From the IMG/VR virus record IMGVR_UViG_3300038479_000056, positions 1 to 54,380 of that record: a DNA stretch of 54,380 nt, one strand, 5' to 3'. Origin of the DNA: a virus. Its lineage: Duplodnaviria; Caudoviricetes. The notes under the pieces were generated by a model. It saw only the letters and a list, made by a program, of their open reading frames with translations. It had not been told where the DNA came from and did no database searches. A program made the translations under genes and the position numbers. Shown in pieces: positions 46,849-54,380 of the stretch; the stretch's first letter is position 1; every line of letters begins with the position of its first letter.

Positions 46849-48797
46849 AGTTTGATTTCTCCTATCTGCCGTAAGCAGAGCCTTTTTGCGAGCACCGCTT
46901 GTTTTGCCGTCAGAACCGGCAATCCGGCCAAGGCCCGGCCAATGGCCGCGTCCACCTTCGAGAACCCGGATCCGGCCTCGTCCAACCGCTTTAATTCAGC
47001 GTGAATGGCCAGATTTTGCTCTGTCGTCATCAGCAGGGCTTCTTCGGCTATCTCTTTCCGTTTCCCAATCGGTTCATGGCGGGCCACCAAGACCGGCTCG
47101 GTCGCCCATTCGCCCGGATCCGTGTCCAGGGCTTTCTCGATGATTTCCTGTTTGGCCAAGATGGTTTGAATTATCCAGGCGTCGATGCTGCCTCTGACAA
47201 CCAGGTGTTTGATGAGCACGTTATCCCGTTGCCCGATGCGATGGATGCGATCGGAGGCTTGTTCCATCTTGGCCGGTGACCAGTCAATTTCGATGAACGA
47301 ACAAAGCCGCGCCGCCGTCAGCGTAATCCCCTCCCCACAAGCCCGAATGCTGCCGAAAAACGGCCCGCATCCAGGCTCGCTCTGGAATCGGTCAACAATG
47401 GCTTGCCTGTCCTCTGCCGGAGTTTCCCCAGTGATGGCCACGCTGCCTGGAAAAGCCGATCTTAAACCAGCAATTACGTCCGAATGGTGCGCAAAAATTA
47501 CCTGTTTTACCGAAAACTCATCCAAATCCTCTTTGATGGCTTCAATGGCCGCCGGCAGTTTGGCCAGCGCGGTTTGATGACGCACCTTGGCCATTTCCGT
47601 GAAGGGGATGTTGTGCGCCGCCGCCAGCGCCTTGACGGCCGCCTTGAATGCATCGTCGCTCTCCAATGCGCGCGCCAGTTCAATGCCGGCCTGGGCCTGC
47701 TCAAGCTCGGCTGCGTAGCGGCTGCTGACGGCGTTCTCTTGGGCCAGAGCCGCCCCCATTTCGTCCCCTTCCAATTCCACCACCACCCGCGTTTTGGCCG
47801 GGAGTTCTCGCAAAACTTCGGCTTTGAGCCGCCTGATGAGCACCCCGGTTTCTCTTAAAATTATTTGGAGTTCATTCAGGTTGCTCGCCCCGGAAACATC
47901 CATCCCCCACCCATTACTCACCATCCCGCAATACCGTTTTGCGTAACCCCAGTACGATCGCCACCGCGCCGGGTCCAGAAAGTTGAGCGTGGTAAAGAGT
48001 TCAATGGGCCGGTTCTCTATCGGAGTTCCAGAACAGCACAACCGATACCGGGCCCTCAACGGCGCCAGGCCAGCCTTTTTGTCGCCCATGATGGCCTTTG
48101 TCCGCTGGGCCTTGGGATTTTTACACGCCTGGCTTTCGTCCAGTATCACCAAATCCCAGTCCAGCATCCGCATCCGCTTCGCCCATTTAGCTGCTATATC
48201 GTAGTTGGCTATCACGATTTCCGTAGCCGGCCACCTCTGCCCGCTGGCCATGCCGATCTCCAATTTGCGCACGCTCCATCGCTTCATCTCTCGCGCCCAA
48301 AAATTCTTTAAACTCGCCTTGGTGAACACCAGCACCCGCTTGATTTCAGGGTTGCAATTCATCACCCCAACCGCCTGACATGATTTACCTAATCCAGGTT
48401 GATCACCGATCAAGACCCCGCCTTCGCCCCGGCTGAATTTCCTCACACAAAATTGAATGCCCGCCTTCTGAAATGGGTAGTATTTCAACCCCTCCGGACA
48501 GGGCGGCTCAAAGTCACCCACCGGCGCCGCCGCCCGGCTTAACTCCGCGCTGGCTTCTCGCTCCGCCTCAACCCCGGCCCCAAGCGGCGTCCACCACGAG
48601 GCCATGAAATTTTTTGATTCTTTGGGCCATGTGCCGATACTAATTCCAGCGGCTTTTAATTCTGTTTTGCGATCTCTCCACAGACACCAAAAAGCCTCTG
48701 TAACAGGGGCGCTGCGAACCTGGCGCCGCAAGTTTGGAATCTCCCGCGGCTCTGACCAGGGGAGAAGCGAAGAAATGTCAATGGCGGTTTGTGTCAT
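46845..48797 (-). CDS. SNF2-family helicase
   Basis: DQPGLGKS, LDESQ, SGTPIENR, GEGITLT, QASDRIHRIGQ. Confidence 0.92.
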   Translation of the reverse strand: MTQTAIDISSLLPWSEPREIPNLRRQVRSAPVTEAFWCLWRDRKTELKAAGISIGTWPKESKNFMASWWTPLGAGVEAEREASAELSRAAAPVGDFEPPCPEGLKYYPFQKAGIQFCVRKFSRGEGGVLIGDQPGLGKSCQAVGVMNCNPEIKRVLVFTKASLKNFWAREMKRWSVRKLEIGMASGQRWPATEIVIANYDIAAKWAKRMRMLDWDLVILDESQACKNPKAQRTKAIMGDKKAGLAPLRARYRLCCSGTPIENRPIELFTTLNFLDPARWRSYWGYAKRYCGMVSNGWGMDVSGASNLNELQIILRETGVLIRRLKAEVLRELPAKTRVVVELEGDEMGAALAQENAVSSRYAAELEQAQAGIELARALESDDAFKAAVKALAAAHNIPFTEMAKVRHQTALAKLPAAIEAIKEDLDEFSVKQVIFAHHSDVIAGLRSAFPGSVAITGETPAEDRQAIVDRFQSEPGCGPFFGSIRACGEGITLTAARLCSFIEIDWSPAKMEQASDRIHRIGQRDNVLIKHLVVRGSIDAWIIQTILAKQEIIEKALDTDPGEWATEPVLVARHEPIGKRKEIAEEALLMTTEQNLAIHAELKRLDEAGSGFSKVDAAIGRALAGLPVLTAKQAVLAKRLCLRQIGEIKL

Positions 48798-48969
48798 ACG
48801 CGCGGAAGGCAATCCTAAATCCATCGCCGTTGAGCCGCCTTCTAATCAGTTCGCGAATTTGCTTCACGTTGCATCCAGCGCGTAAGTAATCTGGCAGAGC
48901 TGCAAGAATGTCATCGCATTTCTGTAGTGCTTCCGCTTCGCCTTTTGACAATGGGGTGTAAACGCTCAT
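48778..48969 (-). CDS. Small hypothetical protein
   Basis: ATGA-coupled start. Confidence 0.5.
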   Translation of the reverse strand: MSVYTPLSKGEAEALQKCDDILAALPDYLRAGCNVKQIRELIRRRLNGDGFRIAFRAYDTNRH

Positions 48970-49415
48970 ACGCCGGGATGATCTTTGGCCCAGTCGCGCA
49001 AGTAACGGCCAGCGATGATTTTTTGCATGTATCCGCCGTTGACCGCCAGCCATTCAAGTTGCGGCTTGCTGGCCGCTTCCCAATTAGCCGTAAACCAACC
49101 CGGCGTTGGATCCGGTGTTACGATTTGCGGCCCAAGAACCATGGACATTCTACCTTTGCCTTGACCCCACCTCGGGGGCCATTCCCCACGCCACCCACAG
49201 CCTTGCGTGTGGCAGCGCACGGTTCTTAGGATTTTCACTCCACCCAGGCCATCATCGGTGGTGTCGCGCCCAAAGTGCTCGCCTGAGCACAGAGGGCAAA
49301 CAAACGGCAGGCTTGGCCTTCCGCCGCGTTTTCCGTTCTCACGAACGGCCCGCGCCTTGGCGGCCGATTTCGCCACGCCGCCAAGGCGACCCAATGCTTG
49401 CGCGTGCTTGTTCAT
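48966..49415 (-). CDS. Basic GG..RENGKRGGRP domain plus Zn-ribbon protein
   Basis: Paralog of 15362-15532; CPLC..CHTQGC. Confidence 0.6.
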   Translation of the reverse strand: MNKHAQALGRLGGVAKSAAKARAVRENGKRGGRPSLPFVCPLCSGEHFGRDTTDDGLGGVKILRTVRCHTQGCGWRGEWPPRWGQGKGRMSMVLGPQIVTPDPTPGWFTANWEAASKPQLEWLAVNGGYMQKIIAGRYLRDWAKDHPGV

Positions 49416-49678
49416 GGCGTCTCAGTGGCGCTTTCTTCGCCACGGATAATTTCTATGGTCAGTTCATTTTCGCGAGCCGCCGCCAACCCCCCTTCGTAGC
49501 CTCTCAGCCATTTTCGGAGAACTATGCGAGCAAGTTGCTCGACCGGGAGGGTAAATCTGGTGTGCTCCAACACATCCGCCATGCCGCACCCACCATCCGA
49601 GGTGACGGTGAGAGAGTTACCTGTCGCCGTCGCGTGCGCCCCTGTGCCAATGTCAGTTATAGAGATTTGTGTTTTCAT
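49412..49678 (-). CDS. Hypothetical early protein
   Basis: ORF packing. Confidence 0.55.
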   Translation of the reverse strand: MKTQISITDIGTGAHATATGNSLTVTSDGGCGMADVLEHTRFTLPVEQLARIVLRKWLRGYEGGLAAARENELTIEIIRGEESATETP

Positions 49679-49681
49679 AAT

Positions 49682-50017
49682 TTACCAATTTCCAGGCCCA
49701 TCTGGGCGGGTCGTATCCACGGTCGGGCGGGCGTCGGCAAATGTAGGCTCAAGCCCATATACATCCGGGCCAAGGTATTTATGGCCACGGAAGTAATCCG
49801 ATATATTCACGCCGTCATTACGATCTGGCCACCATCCTTGGTGGACGACCTCGACATACACCAGCGATGGGTCAATCCTTGCCACTTCCCGCGCCTTGGT
49901 GGCGGATATTTCATCTTGCGCCGCTTCAACCGGGTCAGCGTATTTTCGCAAGGTCAATCCGTCTCGCGCCGCCAGACGCATTGCGTTCTCGCCGTTTATT
50001 TTATAGATTTCGTTCAT
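49682..50017 (-). CDS. Hypothetical early protein
   Basis: ATGA coupling. Confidence 0.55.
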   Translation of the reverse strand: MNEIYKINGENAMRLAARDGLTLRKYADPVEAAQDEISATKAREVARIDPSLVYVEVVHQGWWPDRNDGVNISDYFRGHKYLGPDVYGLEPTFADARPTVDTTRPDGPGNW

Positions 50018-50484
50018 TCCGCGGCCTTTCGGCGCCAGGCCAGCCAAGCCTCACTGATTTCGTCGGAATCTCTATACTCGAGCGACTCCAACCCTTGCTT
50101 TCCTGTGGCAGGGTCTTGCGCCCACGTGTCGGTAATCCGGTACCGTCCGCAGTAGCAGCATACCTCAGTGATTTTGAACCCGCCTCCATGCCCCTGCACG
50201 CCGGGACTCTCTGCACAACCTCCTACCACACTCAGCGGCGAGACCCAATCATGCTCGCCAGCCCAGCAGTCCGCTACCGTGGGCGGCACCTCAATCGTAT
50301 GTCTCTCGGGTCCTCCCTCTGCACTCCCTTCCTCATCCTTATCCTGCCGCACCACGCAAGTTACCCATGTTGTCTTGTCCCCACTGCCCCAATCCCCTGT
50401 ATCTACCCATTTTTGGCACGCCGCTCGCGCCGATTCAGCCTCAATTTCTTTTTCTCCATTCCCGTCCGTCACTCTGTATGTCAT
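50014..50484 (-). CDS. Hypothetical early protein
   Basis: HDW..GC..CCYCG pattern. Confidence 0.6.
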   Translation of the reverse strand: MTYRVTDGNGEKEIEAESARAACQKWVDTGDWGSGDKTTWVTCVVRQDKDEEGSAEGGPERHTIEVPPTVADCWAGEHDWVSPLSVVGGCAESPGVQGHGGGFKITEVCCYCGRYRITDTWAQDPATGKQGLESLEYRDSDEISEAWLAWRRKAAE

Positions 50485-50600
50485 ATATTTTCTTTCATTT
50501 CCGCTCAAAATTACCATCTCCTAACCCACGCCACAAGCACCGGCCCCAGTACCAACGGTAACCAAAACCATTCCTCAGCCAGCGACCAAATAACTCCCCA

Positions 50601-50643
50601 TCTCGCTTCATGCTCATTGTCCACTTCTCGCTTCATGCTCATT
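50601..50643. repeat. 18-bp direct repeat
   Basis: TCTCGCTTCATGCTCATT at 50601 and 50626. Confidence 0.8.
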
Positions 50644-50851
50644 CTCCCCCCCCCATTATTTGTTGCCGTATAATGTCAAATCCCTCTTCATGGTCCCACA
50701 CGGGATCCCCATTGGTTTCAATCACTTCACGTCCGTCCACTTCGTACAACGTCATCCGGTTGTCTCCTACACCACCGCTCCCAAGCTTTTTTATCCCGCG
50801 TCCTCCGCAGTACTTCCGAATCCCTATACTTGTTATTTTGTTAGTCTTCAT
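50639..50851 (-). CDS. Hypothetical early protein
   Basis: First gene after the promoter; ETNGDPVW. Confidence 0.6.
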   Translation of the reverse strand: MKTNKITSIGIRKYCGGRGIKKLGSGGVGDNRMTLYEVDGREVIETNGDPVWDHEEGFDIIRQQIMGGGE

Positions 50852-50873
50852 TATGTTTTTATTCTTGGTCCAA

Positions 50874-50900
50874 ATATATCATTGTAACCGACAACGTCAA
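50874..50900 (-). promoter_or_regulatory. Sigma70-like early promoter
   Basis: TTGACG..TATATT with an A-rich upstream tract. Confidence 0.6.
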
Positions 50901-51015
50901 CCTTTTATATCGCTTTATTTTTAACCATTCCCTCCCGGTTTGGCCCTCTTCTTGCTCTGTACTATATATATACCTTGTCTCTTGACCTTCTCTCTTCCCC
51001 TTGCTACCTTCCGTC

Positions 51016-51501
51016 ATGACTTGGTCATCTCAAGAGACTATCGCACGTAACCAGTCCACTCTCCATCGCGCTCTTGTCTCCGCAGGACAACTCCGCAGAC
51101 ATGCACGTAACCGTGCCCTGCGACAAGCCGAAAAAGATCGTCTTATAACCGAGCGTAACCGCCATTTAACCCTCCCAGAATCCGACGCCGGCCAAATCCT
51201 GGCCATGACCGGCCCAAACCCTACCCCAGCCATGCTCCAAGCTAGTGCCACCGCCCTGGCCAAACTGCGCTCAGGAAGGTCCGGTTCCAGGCCCGGTAGG
51301 CCCAAACCCGGGCCCGCTCCAAAGCTGGTCCTGACCTACGATGAGCCTGTACACGCTCCTGTTCCTGCCACTGCTCCTGTCCCTGCTCTTGCTCCTGTCC
51401 CTGTTCTTGCTCCTGTCCCTGTCCCTGTTCCTGTCCCTGTCCCTGTCCCTGCTCCTCTCATGCCCAGTCTCAAGCCTAGACCAGATCAGTGGGATGATTA
51501 G
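51016..51501 (+). CDS. Hypothetical protein with (PV)n tail
   Basis: Basic N-terminus; hexamer repeat encoding PVPVPV. Confidence 0.5.
   Translation: MTWSSQETIARNQSTLHRALVSAGQLRRHARNRALRQAEKDRLITERNRHLTLPESDAGQILAMTGPNPTPAMLQASATALAKLRSGRSGSRPGRPKPGPAPKLVLTYDEPVHAPVPATAPVPALAPVPVLAPVPVPVPVPVPVPAPLMPSLKPRPDQWDD
51355..51455. repeat. CCTGTY/CCTGCT hexamer tandem repeat
   Basis: Seen directly; reverse-complement-like tract at 51890-51929. Confidence 0.85.
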
Positions 51502-52070
51502 AGCCTGACTCTTGCTCTGGTCTGTTCTGTTTTCCGCAGACCAGCTTCGCTGGACTGCGATGTTGATCGCTCCCGAGCTTCGCTCTCTCGCTCTCAACTG
51601 TTGTGTTGGTCTCTCTTACATTGTTCCATCATGAACATTCTAAGGAATCTCTTGTTTTCCAGCCCTGTCCCGGCCCCCGGCAGGGGGGGGACCGCGCGGG
51701 ACGCCGGCGGGACGGGGTATGAGCAGCCCTTTTACAGATAGGAAAGGAAACCGGATGAATTTGTTATCCTAAAAGCCAGGGGGTGCGGGGGGGCGTAGCC
51801 CCCCGCGTACCGGGGACAGGGCCGGGAGCAGGTTTTGTTTTGGGGGATTTGGGGGGAGAACGACTGTACTAAAAAAACCGGAAAAAAAAGCAGGAACAGG
51901 ACTGGGACAGGGACAGGGACTGGGACTGGTTTAGAACCTGGATTTGAATCTGAAGCTGGTTCTGTGTCAGGGTTAGAAGCGGGGCAAGAATCGGATCTGG
52001 GCATGGCACTATCCCCCGTGTGGAGGACAGCCAACTCATTACCGGCAGTTTATCTGCGCGGGCCGCGGGG

Positions 52071-52655
52071 TTACGTGATCGCGGGAATTTGAGAAGAATC
52101 CTGGCTTACGCCACGCTCCGCAACAGGGTGACGTGTCCAATCCTGTGGTGGGACCAAGCTTTGGGCTTGGCAACGGTCGCTCGGCTCAACGTGTCTTTCT
52201 GTTGAGTCTTGATGAGCGCATCCTGGGTATTCGTTAACGAGTGGCCCCCCAACCTGCTCGGAATGGGGTACGTGGGCCGCGTTGGCCGATGGGCCTACTG
52301 TGCGCGGCGCCGGGTTTAACTCGCCGACCTTTGCTGACTTGATCGGATTATAGGCGGCGCCGACTTGGGCGCGGGCCTGTTGAGGGGAGATGCCCTCGTA
52401 CATGCCGGGGCGAAATTTTCGGATTCGATGAATTTCTTTGGGACTGAGCCTGAAATTGCCTGGGTTACGATCAGGGAGAGGGGTCAGGCCGGCATTGGAA
52501 CGGAGAGCGGGCGGGGCTTTCCAATGTTTGGCCATGTGAGGGTGTTGAGCGCGCCACGCTGCCAGGCGGGCTTTGCGCAATGAGAGGAACTCTCTTTGGG
52601 ATAAAGGTTTGCGGGTGCGGTTTTCGCGTCTTACTTTATCCCAATCGCGGGGCAT
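52071..52655 (-). CDS. Basic hypothetical protein
   Basis: MPRDWDKVRRENR; own upstream promoter. Confidence 0.45.
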   Translation of the reverse strand: MPRDWDKVRRENRTRKPLSQREFLSLRKARLAAWRAQHPHMAKHWKAPPALRSNAGLTPLPDRNPGNFRLSPKEIHRIRKFRPGMYEGISPQQARAQVGAAYNPIKSAKVGELNPAPRTVGPSANAAHVPHSEQVGGPLVNEYPGCAHQDSTERHVEPSDRCQAQSLVPPQDWTRHPVAERGVSQDSSQIPAIT

Positions 52656-52673
52656 CAGAAGGCCCTCCGAACA

Positions 52674-52743
52674 ATCAGAGTGCCAACCAGTGGTAGTTGC
52701 TTAGGCTTCCCCCCGTCACATGGGGTCTGGTTGGCACTCTGAT
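52674..52743 (-). ncRNA. Leader stem-loop with 17-bp perfect stem
   Basis: ATCAGAGTGCCAACCAG / CTGGTTGGCACTCTGAT. Confidence 0.55.
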
Positions 52744-52808
52744 AGTTGAACTGTGACATTCCTAGCATGGTGCAAATTAGATTATGTCCTGAATTTTGTC
52801 CACAGGCG

Positions 52809-52837
52809 TTTATAGAACAGGTTGGGGCTGTGTGCAA
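52809..52837 (-). promoter_or_regulatory. Sigma70-like promoter
   Basis: TTGCAC-17-TATAAA. Confidence 0.6.
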
Positions 52838-52850
52838 CAAAAATCTTCAA

Positions 52851-53045
52851 TTATTTTTCCTTGAACCAGACCTCGAAGTCTTTGAGGACGCGGCGGATTT
52901 GGCCGGCTTTGGCCAGCAATTCGCAATGGCTCTGGCAGATATTCTCCGGGATGCCGGAGATGCAGGCGATGTATTTGGGCTGGAAAGAGAGGCCGGCGGC
53001 GGCGGAATTGAGTATGGTCTGGATGGCGATGGAGTGTTGGTTCAT
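52851..53045 (-). CDS. Small winged-helix-like protein
   Basis: GLSFQPKYIACISGIPENICQSHCELLAKAGQI. Confidence 0.55.
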   Translation of the reverse strand: MNQHSIAIQTILNSAAAGLSFQPKYIACISGIPENICQSHCELLAKAGQIRRVLKDFEVWFKEK

Positions 53046-53080
53046 ACACTGTGATTATTTCTACGAAGCTCGTTTGACAT
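53042..53080 (-). pseudogene. tnpA: Putative tnpA N-terminal stub
   Basis: MSNELRRNNHSV resembles Y1 transposase N-termini (..RxxHSVY..); divergent from tnpB. Confidence 0.55.
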
Positions 53081-54253
53081 ATTCAATCCTTTGAATATAT
53101 TAAGCGAGTGAAGTTGACTGTTCAAGTGAAACTTTTGCCGACGCCAGAACAATCGAAGGCGTTGCGCGAAACTCTGGAGTTGGCGAATCAAGCGGCATGT
53201 CGTCTGTCGGAACTGTGCTGGGAAAAGAAGGAGTTTCGCCAGTTCCCAATGCACCGTTTGTTCTACAAACAGATTCGCAGTGAGTTCGATTTGTCCTCTC
53301 AGGTTGTTGTCCGCCTTAACTCCAAGGTTGCTGACGCCTACAAGCTGGACGAGAAGACGCAACGCACTTTTCGCAAGCACGGCAGCATTTCCTACGACGC
53401 TCGCATTCTTGATTTCCAACTTCCTGCCTCGACCGTGAGCATCTGGACTGTGAGAGGAAGGTTGAAACATATTCAGTTTGTCTGTGGCGAGCGCCAGCGT
53501 AAGCTGCTGGAACTTCCGAAAGGCGAGAGCGATTTGGTTCTGCGTGACCGCAAGTGGTATCTCAACGTGACCGTGGACGTGCCAGAGGAACGCGAACAGG
53601 AAGTTGTTGGCTGGCTTGGCATCGACCTTGGACTGGTGAACCTCGCGCAGAGTTCCGACGGGCAGACATTCGGTGACGCTCGCAAGACAGCCGGTATTCG
53701 CGCTCGGCGATGGCGGCAGAGAAAGCGACTTCAAAAGAAAGGCACGCGCAAGGCCAAGCGCATCCTGCACCGGCTCAGTGGACGGGAACAAAGATTTATG
53801 CGGGACGTGAATCACGTCGTCGCCAAACAGATTTGCGGTGTTGCTAAACGCACGAATCGAGGGATTGCCTTGGAAGATTTGAAAGGTATTCGTTCGAGGA
53901 TCAGGGCTAACCGAAAGCAACGCCGCATCCTGCACTCGTGGGCCTTCGCGGATCTCCAAGCGAAGATTGCCTACAAGGGCAGGCTTATCGGAGTGCCGGT
54001 CAAACTCGTTGACCCTCGCAACACCAGCCGGACTTGTCCGGCCTGCGGCAGTGTCAGTAAGAAGAACCGGCCCACACGCGATAAGTTCGCGTGCCAGTCG
54101 TGCGGGTTTACCGCCGATGCCGATACCAACGCAGCGGGAAACATTTCTCGCCGGGGTGCCTTCAATCACCCGCACGTAACGGAAATTAGTTGTGGCAAAA
54201 TCCATGACCGTATCCAGTTACAATCCCCATCCCTTCAGGGAGGGGTAATTGAA
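53046..54253 (+). mobile_element. IS200/IS605-family non-autonomous tnpB element 4
   Basis: Right-end hairpin CCCCATCCCTTCAGGGAGGGG then TAATTGAA; right junction fixed (+/-1 nt) by the empty allele at 64-68; preceded by TCAT. Confidence 0.8.
53074..53101 (+). promoter_or_regulatory. Sigma70-like promoter, leaderless tnpB4
   Basis: TTGACA-16-TATATT; GTG begins 7 nt after the -10 box. Confidence 0.65.
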
Positions 54254-54259
54254 CTTTAA
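53108..54259 (+). CDS. tnpB: RNA-guided endonuclease TnpB
   Basis: TVQVKLLPT; GIDLG / ALEDL / DADTNAA; CPAC..CQSC; stop codon lies in the flank. Confidence 0.95.
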   Translation: MKLTVQVKLLPTPEQSKALRETLELANQAACRLSELCWEKKEFRQFPMHRLFYKQIRSEFDLSSQVVVRLNSKVADAYKLDEKTQRTFRKHGSISYDARILDFQLPASTVSIWTVRGRLKHIQFVCGERQRKLLELPKGESDLVLRDRKWYLNVTVDVPEEREQEVVGWLGIDLGLVNLAQSSDGQTFGDARKTAGIRARRWRQRKRLQKKGTRKAKRILHRLSGREQRFMRDVNHVVAKQICGVAKRTNRGIALEDLKGIRSRIRANRKQRRILHSWAFADLQAKIAYKGRLIGVPVKLVDPRNTSRTCPACGSVSKKNRPTRDKFACQSCGFTADADTNAAGNISRRGAFNHPHVTEISCGKIHDRIQLQSPSLQGGVIEL

Positions 54260-54380
54260 ATATAACGTGTGGTGGCCGGAGGGCGCGTCTGCCCTTGAGA
54301 TCGAGCGCGAGTGCATTCGGCAGGGAGGCCGCTGGACGGTCAAAGGCAAGGAGCGCGGGGCGGGGTTGTTCGAGCATTTC
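54249..54380 (+). CDS. terL: terL 5' end, element-containing allele (TTG start)
   Basis: GGAGG then TTG AAC TTT AAA TAT, in frame with terL. Confidence 0.6.
   Translation, partial: MNFKYNVWWPEGASALEIERECIRQGGRWTVKGKERGAGLFEHF
54254..54380 (+). repeat. 127-nt exact repeat, copy 2 (circular closure)
   Basis: Identical to 68-194. Confidence 0.95.

Larger units (their letters stand above)
53042..54205 (-). other. Full-length antisense ORF across element 4
   Basis: 387 codons; its TGA overlaps the ATG of the next gene (ATGA); translation unproven. Confidence 0.4.

Noticed and set aside
45390-54259. Nuclease-dead TnpB (TldR-like) or Cas12f with an array
   Set aside because: All three catalytic acidic residues are present in all four proteins; no repeat-spacer array nearby
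54254-54380. Biological direct terminal repeat
   Set aside because: It matches an internal position (68), lies inside terL and has a typical k-mer length; better explained as assembly closure
1-54380. tRNA genes, integrase, inteins
   Set aside because: None recognised by eye; not excluded without dedicated scans

Overview
A near-complete, apparently circular dsDNA tailed-phage genome (podovirus-like). It encodes TerL, portal, scaffold, a GroES-like protein, major capsid, tail-tube-like and ejection-like proteins, plus an SNF2 helicase, an SbcC-like ATPase, a DnaC-like loader and a RusA-like nuclease. No integrase, replicative polymerase or endolysin was recognised. The last 127 nt (54254-54380) repeat 68-194 exactly, so the window closes into a circle and 1-67 is an alternative upstream allele. 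The capsid gene is split by an ORF-less group I intron (16084-16355) and preceded by a dense multi-hairpin leader RNA. The main finding is four different, catalytically intact solo tnpB (IS200/IS605-derived) cassettes, each at a gene junction. All four carry an unbroken antisense ORF spanning essentially the whole tnpB. In three, that ORF runs in frame into a tnpA-like stub and stops at a flanking stop codon at or next to the following phage start codon. Their right ends supply a replacement stop codon (elements 1, 2) or a replacement RBS and start codon for TerL (element 4). This suggests translationally neutral, RNA-guided homing cassettes. All product calls come from motif recognition by eye, not database searches.
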